From Scenedesmus sp. PABB004 (lineage: Eukaryota): a DNA stretch of 64,000 nucleotides. Location of the stretch: contig JABVCE010000004.1 of NCBI GenBank assembly GCA_014905635.1, positions 1,116,001 through 1,180,000 on the forward strand, in the 5' to 3' direction. The notes under the pieces are model-generated. The model had not been told where the DNA came from. It ran no database searches and saw only the letters and a program-made list of their open reading frames with translations. This document shows, piece by piece, positions 56,116 through 64,000 of the stretch. A program made the position numbers and the translations under genes. The stretch's first letter is position 1, and the number at the start of each line of letters is the position of its first letter.

Positions 56116-58312
56116 ATGGCCGGGCGCGGCCTGCCTCGCTCGGGCTTCGGGCACGACGCCCACGGCTGGAACTGTGAGGTGCGTGCTTCATTATTGAGCT
56201 ACCTCGCGCCTCAGGGCGGCCTGGCGCGCGGCCTGGGGCGGCGGCGGCGCGCCCGACTGCCGCTGCTGCTCTCGCCGCCGCCCGCCGGGCGCAGAACCTG
56301 CGGAGCCTGGCCGTCCTGCCCGGCGGCCTGCGCACCGACGCGGCGTGGCGGCACGAGGTCGCGGACGCGCGGCAGCGCGGCGCAGTGCGCAGCCGAGAGT
56401 CCGCGCGCCTCCGCACGGAGGGCGCGGCGTGCGCCGCCGCGGCGGAGGCGCAGGTGGCGGCGTGCGGCGCGCGCGTCGAGGCGGCGCTACGCGGCAAGCT
56501 TGCCCAGACGCAGGCCTTTGCAGCGGCGCTCAACGCGGCGCTGGCGAGCGTGGGGTCCGAGGAGGCGGGCCTCGGCCGCGCCGGCGCGCGGCTGGCGGCG
56601 ATGCTCGCCCGCGTCCAGGCCAAGGCGGGTGTGAACCAGAGTCGGCAGGCGGTGCGTGGGCGGAAAGGCGGGCAGGCGGCGCGGCCGCTGCCGGCGGCGC
56701 CGCGCGCGCGCGGAGGCCCCTCACGGCGCCCCGCGCACGCACGCCGCAGGCGCGCGGCGAGCGCTCGGCGGGCGAGCTGACCTGTGACGACGTCTCCCGC
56801 ACGCTGGCGCGGCAGCAGGCGCTTCTTTCTGCCCTGGCGGAGCGGCTCGGCCGCGCGAGCGCGGCCGTGAGCGCGGAGGGCGACCGCCTGCGCGCGTGCC
56901 GCGTCGCGCTCGCCCGGGATCTCAAGGACAAGGTGGGCGGGCACAGGGCGGGCACGCAGCACTCTGTGCGGCCTGCACAGGCCGGCGGCGCCGGTGCAAG
57001 GGGCCCTTGCACCGGCGCCTGAGCGCCGCCGCTGCCGCCGCCGCCGCCGCCGGCAGGTGTCGGCGCTCAACATAGACACGGCGGTGCTCGCCGTGCAGCG
57101 GGGCGACGCGGCGGCCACGCCAGCGGCCTGCACGGGCGCAGGCGGCACGCCGGTGCGCCCGCACAGCTCAGGGCGCGGCGGCGCGCGCGGCCGCGCGTGG
57201 GCGGCGGCGACGCAGGCCCTGCTGCAGGAGGCGGCGGCGCTGGCGGGCGACGCCGGCCGGCTGCGCAAGGCGGTCAGGCAGCTGCTGCAGGAGGCGGCCG
57301 CGGCCGGGCAGGCCGCGGGGTCGGCGGTCGACGCCAGCCTGGCGGCCAAGCTGGCACAGACGCGGCTGCTGCGGGACGACCTCGCGGCGCAGCTGCGCGG
57401 CATGCAGGAGGAGCGCGACCGCGCGGCGGCCGCGCGCGACGGCCTGAAGAAGTGCATGCAGGACAAGCGGTGCGCCTGGGGGAGGGGCGCGACGCGCGCG
57501 CGCGCGCGGTCTTACCCGTCTGACCTCGCGCCGCGCGCCACGCGCGCGCACACGCAGGCTGCCGCTGCAGCAGCTGGAGGCGCGCGTCGCGCTGCGCAGC
57601 GCGCACCCCGGCCGCGACGACGAGGTCGGCGCCGTGCTCGCGGCCGAGGCGGCGGGGCTCGCTGCGGTGTCGGCCCGCCTCTCGGCGCGCGCCGGCGCGG
57701 CGGAGGGCCAGGTCCGCGGCCTCGACGCCCTCAGCAGCGAGCTGCTGGCACACATCGAGGCCAAGGCGGCGGCGCTCTCCCTGCACGAGCGCGTCGCGAT
57801 GCTCGACGGCCGGCGCTGCCCCGCGGTGCCGCCGACGCCCAGCGTGCTCAGCGTGAGGCGCGGCTGCCGCGTGGCGGGCGCGGCGGCGCGAGCGGCCGCG
57901 CGTGCAGCCGGCCCGCCGCGTGTGCGCGCGCGCATGCTGACGCCGCCGGCACCTGTCCGTGCGCATGCAGGTTGCCAGCAGCGTTGCCTCGGGCTTCAGC
58001 GGCCTGGGACCATCTGCGTCCGAGGCCTGCTGCTCGCGCGCCGGCACGCCGGCCGCGGGCGCCTCGCGCGCCGGCGGCGGCTCCGCGGCCGGCAGCACGG
58101 TCGCGCGCATCGAGGCGCTTGAGGTTGAGCTGGTGGCGGCCAGGGCGCACACGCAGGCGCTGCAGGAGGCGATCCGCGGGATGCGGGCGCCGGGCGGGGA
58201 CGGGCCGCGCGCCGGCCAGCCCGCCAGCGCTGCCGCCGTGCCGGCAGCGCCTGCGGGCGCCACGGCTCGGCCGCGGACGGCCGCGTCGGCCCAGCCCGGG
58301 CCGGCGGCGTGA
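56116..58312 (+). CDS. Tektin-like coiled-coil protein
   Basis: Two-fold internal repeat with tektin landmarks: R.ER..GELTCDDV...L, LARDLKDKVSALNID, MQDKRLPL..LEARVALR..HP..DEV...L..E, HIEAKAAALSLH. 5 introns. Confidence 0.7.
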
Positions 58313-58430
58313 GCGAGCGCGCGCGGTTACTCGTGCGAGCCCCCGCAGCCGGGTCCGCGCCCCGCTCTCCGCGCCGCTCCGCGCCGCGCCGCGCCGCGCG
58401 CTCTGCCACCACTCCGCCGCGGCGCGGCGG

Positions 58431-60510
58431 TCAGATGCGGACGAGGAAGTCGCCGCTGCGCGTGACCTTGCGCACCCACTTCTCTGCCGCGTAGTCGGCG
58501 CCCGCGCGGCGCTCCAGGATCTTGAGGTACGCCACGCGCAGCCCGCTCGCGCTGAACATGGGCACCTGGAAGCTCATGCTGATCGGCGGGCGCGGCCAGG
58601 CCTTGCGCTCCTTGGTCGTGCTCACCATGCTCACCTCAGCGCGCAGGCTGTGCTCCGCGCCGCCGGCAAAGCGCTTGATCTTCCACACCTGCGCAGCAGA
58701 GCCGGCGCGTCGGCGGGACGCCGGGGCGCCCTCTCGCCCCCGCCCGCGCGTCCCGCGCCGCTGCCGCGCGCGCCGCCCGCCGTGCGCCGCCGCCGCGGCC
58801 CGCCCCGGGCCACCCCGGCTCACGATGGCCTTCTTGGTCGCGTCATACTTGGCCTTGCCGGCCGACACGGTGATGGCGGCGCGCGCGGTCGTGTCGGGCA
58901 CGGGCACGAGCAGCACGACGTTGAGCCCAAACAGCTGGCCCCCGTACAGCGACCGCACCGCGACGCACGCCTCGAGCCGCGTGCGCCCGAGCTCGCGCAC
59001 GACGGGCAGCACCTTGAACGGCACGCTGATGTTCTCGCTCGCGCGGTACCTGCGCGTGCGCGTGGCGTGGGGGCTCTGGGCAGGCCGCGCACGCGCGCGC
59101 CGCGCCGCCGCGAGGCCCGACCCCACCCGCGCCCCCGCGCCCGCGCCACCTCAAGCACGCAGCGCGCGCCGGCGGGCGCGCACCGCATGAGCTCGAACTC
59201 GCCGTCCGGCGGTATGAACGTGACGACCTTGGTCGCCTCGTAGGCGCCGAGGTTGACGCACTGGTGGAACGTCACGTCCTCCGCCGCGTCGGCGAGGCCG
59301 AGGCGCAGCTCGGGCATGTCGCTGAGCCGCGCCTTCATCATGACCTTGCCAGCCACGTCGGCGCGCAGCACGCTGCCTGCGCGCACGCGCGCGGCGCGGG
59401 CGCGGGCGCGCGCGGGCGGCGTCGCGCCGGCAGCCCCGCGCGGCCGCGTGGGTGCCCCTGCCTGCCCGCCGCGCGGCCGCGCGGCCGCACCCGTTGCGCT
59501 GGTGAGCATGTTGACCTCCTCCACGATGTCCAGGAAGACCTCGTTGCTCTTGTACACCAGCCCCGGCCGCCGCCAGCTCACCGCGCCCGTGACCGTCAGC
59601 GTCGCGCTGCGCGCCTGCGCCGCCGACGCGGCCTGCGGCGCGCCCGGGCGCGCGCGGGACGCGGCTCAGCGCGCCGGTGCCAGGCCGCGCGCCCGCGCCC
59701 GCCCCGTGCCCGCCGTGCCGTGCCGCACCCCTGCCGCGCCCCGCGCGCGCGCCGCCGCGCCGCGCCCGCCGCACCGCGTCTGCCTCGCCGCGCACGCCCT
59801 TTTGCAGTATGAAGTTCTTGAGCGCGGCGGGCTCTGTGAGCTGGGGCACGCCCGCGTCCATGGCCTCGTCGAGCAGCTCGTAGATGAGCACAAAGTTGCG
59901 CTTGACCGCGCTCTCATTCAGCGCGCCCTCAAAGTAGGAGCGGAACAGGTCGACCAGCTGCGGGCGTGTGCGCGGGCGGGCGGCGCGCGGGGCGGGGCGG
60001 GGCGCGCGGGCGGGGCACGCGGTGCGGCGTGAGTGTGTGCGAGGCAGGACGCGAGGCGGTGGGCGCCGCCCTGCCCTGCCCTGCCCTCCCCGCCCCCGCG
60101 CCCCGCACCGCGGTCATGAACTTGAACGCCATCATCGCGTTGGCGTTGTTGCGCGTGACCATGAGCACGTAGAGGTCGGACGTGCGGAGGTACATGAACG
60201 TGACGCTGCCCAGCGTGCGCACCGGCGCCGCCGCGGCCGCGGCGCCGCCCGCGCCGCCGGCGAGGCCCTTGGCCGCGAGGATCTGGGTGCGGAAGTTCTC
60301 GGCCATGTCGCGGCTGCACGGCGCGGGCGCGGGCGGTGGGAGAGGGGAGAGGCGGCGGGCCGCGGCACGCGGCCGCGGCACGCGGCGCGCCTCCGCGAGC
60401 AGCGGCGCGGCGGCGCGGCGCGCGCACTCGACGTCATCGCGGTAGCGCCGCTCGATGAGGATGTCGCCGCGGAGGTTCAGGAAGTAGATCGCCGCGCAGC
60501 AGTGCGCCAT
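58431..60510 (-). CDS. AP2M: AP-2 adaptor complex mu subunit
   Basis: IYFLNLRGDILIERRYRDDV, NFVLIYELLDE, VTGAVSWR..G..YKSNEVFLDIVE, DVTFHQCVNL, TFIPPDGEFELMRYR, WKIKRF, PPISMSFQVPMFSASGLRV.YLK. Confidence 0.95.
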
Positions 60511-61320
60511 CGCGGCGCGCCGCCCGACCCGCGCCGCCGCCGCCGGCGCGCGGCGCCGCTGCTGCCCCGCCGCGCGCGGTGCGGCCCTCCTGCCCCGCGC
60601 TGCGAGCCGCGCCCGCCGCCACGCCGGGGCTGGGGCTGCCCCGGGCTACGGCCAGCCTGCGCCCACGCTGCTGCTGCGCTCGCTCGCGCGGCGGCGCTCG
60701 CCCGCAGCGGCGCGCGCGCCGGGCGGCGCCGTTCGCTGCCGCCGCGCCGGACGATTGATGCGCGTGGCTGATCAGCGTCGTTGCACCGCGGGGCGTCGGT
60801 TAACGCGGTGCGGGGCCGCGAGGGGCCGCGGCGAGGGCGCGGGGGGCGGGTAATGGCCTTCGCGCGCTGCTGCTGCGCCTGGCGCCGGCCGGCGAGGGGC
60901 GCCGATCCGCCGACGACGAGAGAGTCGACCCGGGGAGGCGAGGAGAACGCTGGAGCAGAACGAGCGAGGGTCCCAGCAGCGGGTTCGCCAGGGGACGCGC
61001 CAACCGACTGCCGCCTCGCTCCTCGCTCGTGCGGCGACACCCGATCGTGATCGTCGCACCCCTCGTCGCCACGCGCCACCCGCCGCGCCTGGCCCAGTCC
61101 CGCAGGCGCCCGCCCTCGCACGCCATCGCAAGCGGCAGGCTGCTGCTGCCAGCCGCTGCGCCCCCGCAGCGCCTGCCTCTCACCGATCCAGACCTGCCGT
61201 GAGCGATTGCGGCCGGGCCAGCGCTCGCCGCAGCCGGCGCGCGGCGGCGGCGGCAGCAGCGGCGCGGCGCGCGCCCCCCCCCCCCCGCACGGGCGCGCGC
61301 CGGCGCGCGCGGCTGTGACC

Positions 61321-62566
61321 ATGATCGCGGCGGACGAGCTGTCCAAGCTCGTGTCCAGCGCGGTGGAGAGCGCGCGCGCGGCGGAGGGCGGCGACGCGGG
61401 CGAGGCGGGGCGGTGCGTCGACGCGCTGAAGCTGCTCGCCCGCGCGGCGGTGAGTGCGGCGCTGCTGAAGGAGACGGACGCCGGCAAGCGCGTCAACCGG
61501 CTCACCAAGAGCCCCGAGCCCAAGGTCGCCGCGGCGGCGGCCGCGGTCGTGGGCGCGTGGAAGGACTGCGTCAAGCGCCAGGCCGCCGAGCCGGGCGGCG
61601 CCGGCGCCGCCGGCGGCGCGGCCGAGCTGAGCAGCCAGCGCAGCCTCGGCGCGGCCGAGCTGAGCAGCCAGCGCAGCCTCGGACCGGCGACGAGCAGCGG
61701 CGGCGAGGCGCCGGCGCCGGCGCCGCCCGCGCGCACGGCGAGCGGCGCGTCGAGCGGCTCGGGCGCGCCGCCGGCAGCGGCCAGCGGCGGCGGCGGCGGC
61801 GGCGGCGGCTGCGCGCCCGCGGGGGCGCCGCCCCGGCCGCCGCCGCGCACGGGCGACCCGAAGCGCGACAAGATCCGGCAGCTCCTCGCCGACGGCCTCG
61901 CGCTCGTGCCCGAGGCCGCGCGGTGCGGGCAGGACCCGGGGGAGGTCGCGGCGGAGGTGGAGGTCGCCATCCACGCGCGCTTTGGCGGCACGGGCCCCGA
62001 CTACGGAGCCAAGGTGCGCAGCCTGAGCTTCAACCTCAAGGACCCCGCCAACCCCGACCTGCGCGCGCGCGTGCTCTCGGGCGCCATCGACCCCGCGCTG
62101 CTCGTCGAGCTGAGCCCCGAGGAGCTCGCGAGCGACGGGAAGCGGCGGGAGAATGCAAAGATCCGGCAGGAGGCGGCGGCCGAGGCGGTGCGCGGGCAGC
62201 AGCAGCAGGCATCGACCGACATGTTCAAGTGCGGGCGCTGCAAGCAGCGCAAGTGCACCTACTACGTGAGCGGCGCGCGGCGGCGCGCGGCGGCGGCGGC
62301 AGGCGCGGGCGGGCGGGCGCCGCGCTGCTGCGGCGCGCCGGCCGCGCGTGAGCCGCCCGGCGCGCGCGCCCGACTGCGGCGCAGCAACTGCAAACGCGCT
62401 CCGCGGACGAGCCGATGACCACGTTTGTGACGTGCGTCAACTGCGGCAACAAGTGGAAGTTTTGCGTGAGCGGCCGGGGCGCCGCGCGGCGGGACGGCGC
62501 TCGCCGCCGGGCCGCGCGGCGCGGCCTCACCGCCGCCGCGCCTCTGCTGCCGCCCGTGCGCAGTGA
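61321..62566 (+). CDS. TFIIS: Transcription elongation factor TFIIS
   Basis: N-domain [16 protein letters not shown], central [23 protein letters not shown], Zn ribbon [41 protein letters not shown]. Stop TGA 62564-62566 follows the last intron. Confidence 0.95.
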
Positions 62567-62933
62567 CCGCCTGCTGGCGACGGCTGGGGCTTACAGCCGC
62601 CGCGGCCGCTGCGACGCGGTGCGGCGGCGATGGAAGCGGGGCGCGCGCGCGGGCCGAAGGGGCGGCAAGCCCCGCCGCGCGTGCAACCGGCCTGCCTCGT
62701 CCGTCCGCGCCGCGTCGCCCGCGTGGCTGTTCAGCTGGGGCCAGCTGGGCTGGCAGCCGAGCCAGCGGCACAGGCCCAGCCCGCCGCGGGCTGCGCGGCG
62801 GTGTGCCCTGGGGCCTGGGGCCGCGGCGGTTGTGCACGGGCGGGCCGCTGTCCTCGCCGCTTGGTGCGTGGCCACTCCCACGAGTCCGCGCTCTCCCTCA
62901 CGACCTGCCCGCCGACCCGGCTGCACCGCGGGC

Positions 62934-64000
62934 ATGCACGCTGCACGTGGCGGCAGCAGCGGACGCGACAGCAGCAGCGCACGGCCGCCGCGCCCCGCCG
63001 GGGCCCCGGGAAGGCCAGGCCGACCGCCCACGCACGGTGCGGGCCTGCGGCTCACTGCTGGGGCGCGGGCGGTCGAGCTGGGAGCCGCCCGCAGGACGCG
63101 CGAGCAGTGGCAGCAGCGGCGGCGCGCTCCCAATGCCGCCGCCTCCGCGCGCGCGCGCCGCCCCCCGCCAGGCCGCCCCGGCGGGCGGAGGGGCTGCTGC
63201 TGCTGCTGCGCCGCGCCGCCCAACTACTATGAAGTGCTCGGGGTGCCGACCGACGCCGAGCCGGCGACGATCAAGGCCGCGTTCCGCGCCGCGGCCAAGT
63301 CCACGCACCCAGACGTCGCCGGCGCGGCCAGCGGCGACGCCTTTCGCCGCGTGCGGCGCGCGTACGAGGTGCTGTCGAGCGCGCCGCTGCGCGCCGAGCA
63401 CGACGCCGCGCTGTGCCTGCCGGGCGCGCGCGCGGCCGACCCGCGCTTTGCCCGCTTTGAGCGCTGGCGGCGCGAGGTCGTGCCCGACCTGCGCCTCGTG
63501 CTTGACGAGTGGGGCGACGAGGTGCGCGCCGGCGTGCTCGGCGCGGCCGACGCCGCGCTCGCCGCGCGCGAGGCCGAGCTCGCCGCGGCGCTGGCCGCGC
63601 CGGGCGGAGCCGGCGACGCGCGCGCGGCGCTCGAGTCGATGCGCGGCCTGCTGTGCGACGCGGCCGCCAACACGCAGCGACTGTACGACAAGCGCTACGA
63701 GCAGCTGCAGGTGCGCGGCCGGCGGCGCGCGCGCGCTCGCGACGCAGCCGGCCGCGCAGGCGCCTCGCGCTCGCGGCGCTGCCGGCGCTGCCGGCGCTCA
63801 CAGCATCACCAGCCACTCCAGGCGCCAGCCGTGCACGCTGAGCCCCCCGGGCGCGCTGCTGCGCCGCGCACAGACTCGGTACCCGGCGTATCCTGCGATC
63901 GTGTGGTACGACGTCTGGCTCGAAGAGTCGGACGCCTGGCTCGCCGCCGCGGACGCGCTGCGCGCGCGCTGGGAGCCCAGGCTGGACGCCGCCGCCGCCG
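62934..64000 (+). CDS. DnaJ-domain protein (3'-partial), probably plastid-targeted
   Basis: [36 protein letters not shown] from 63222. In-frame ATG at 62934 (start uncertain). Intron from 63711; runs off the window. Confidence 0.85.
   Translation, partial: MHAARGGSSGRDSSSARPPRPAGAPGRPGRPPTHGAGLRLTAGARAVELGAARRTREQWQQRRRAPNAAASARARRPPPGRPGGRRGCCCCCAAPPNYYEVLGVPTDAEPATIKAAFRAAAKSTHPDVAGAASGDAFRRVRRAYEVLSSAPLRAEHDAALCLPGARAADPRFARFERWRREVVPDLRLVLDEWGDEVRAGVLGAADAALAAREAELAAALAAPGGAGDARAALESMRGLLCDAAANTQRLYDKRYEQLQVRGRRRARARDAAGRAGASRSRRCRRCRRSQHHQPLQAPAVHAEPPGRAAAPRTDSVPGVSCDRVVRRLARRVGRLARRRGRAARALGAQAGRRRR

Noticed and set aside
1..58312. Functional DNA-repair gene cluster (Sae2, Demeter, HROB)
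   Set aside because: The genes are separated by many unrelated housekeeping genes; co-location is plausibly chance.
60511..61320. Possible tRNA or ncRNA in the AP2M-TFIIS intergenic region
   Set aside because: No cloverleaf or box motifs; consistent with a divergent promoter and 5' UTRs.
61615..61682. 33-nt direct duplication in TFIIS ([11 protein letters not shown] x2)
   Set aside because: In-frame duplication within a disordered linker; unremarkable.

Overview
Eukaryotic nuclear DNA, not prokaryotic. It is extremely GC-rich (visually about 75-80%) and gene-dense, with roughly 21 genes, short introns of about 70-140 nt, and TGTAA poly(A) signals. This fits a chlorophycean green alga (Sphaeropleales-like); the taxon is inferred. 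Most long ORFs in the supplied track are GC-driven artefacts, so the real genes were stitched from exons by hand and exon limits are approximate. Genes in order: (1) large minus-strand gene running off the left edge, with a CtIP/Sae2 motif, an OTU-like module and a Fanzor1-like N-terminal/REC region; (2-3) two Cys-rich secreted proteins; (4) pheophytinase; (5) Demeter/ROS1-like glycosylase with SAND-like and J domains; (6) NADH-dehydrogenase-like/SelD fusion; (7) VIP1/PPIP5K, hosting an intronic box C/D snoRNA complementary to U6; (8) DRE2/anamorsin; (9) CRM-domain protein; (10) PP6/FyPP; (11) HEAT-repeat protein; (12) small thylakoid-type membrane protein; (13) CFA/CNMT-like methyltransferase; (14) CYP59/PPIL4; (15) OPR-like protein; (16) HROB; (17) HDA14-like deacetylase; (18) tektin-like protein; (19) AP-2 mu; (20) TFIIS; (21) partial J-domain protein. 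Best novelty candidates: the putative intron-containing Fanzor-like protein fused to CtIP/Sae2 and OTU, the U6-guide snoRNA, the divergent Demeter homolog, and frequent GC-AG introns. All family assignments come from motif recognition by eye; no searches were run.
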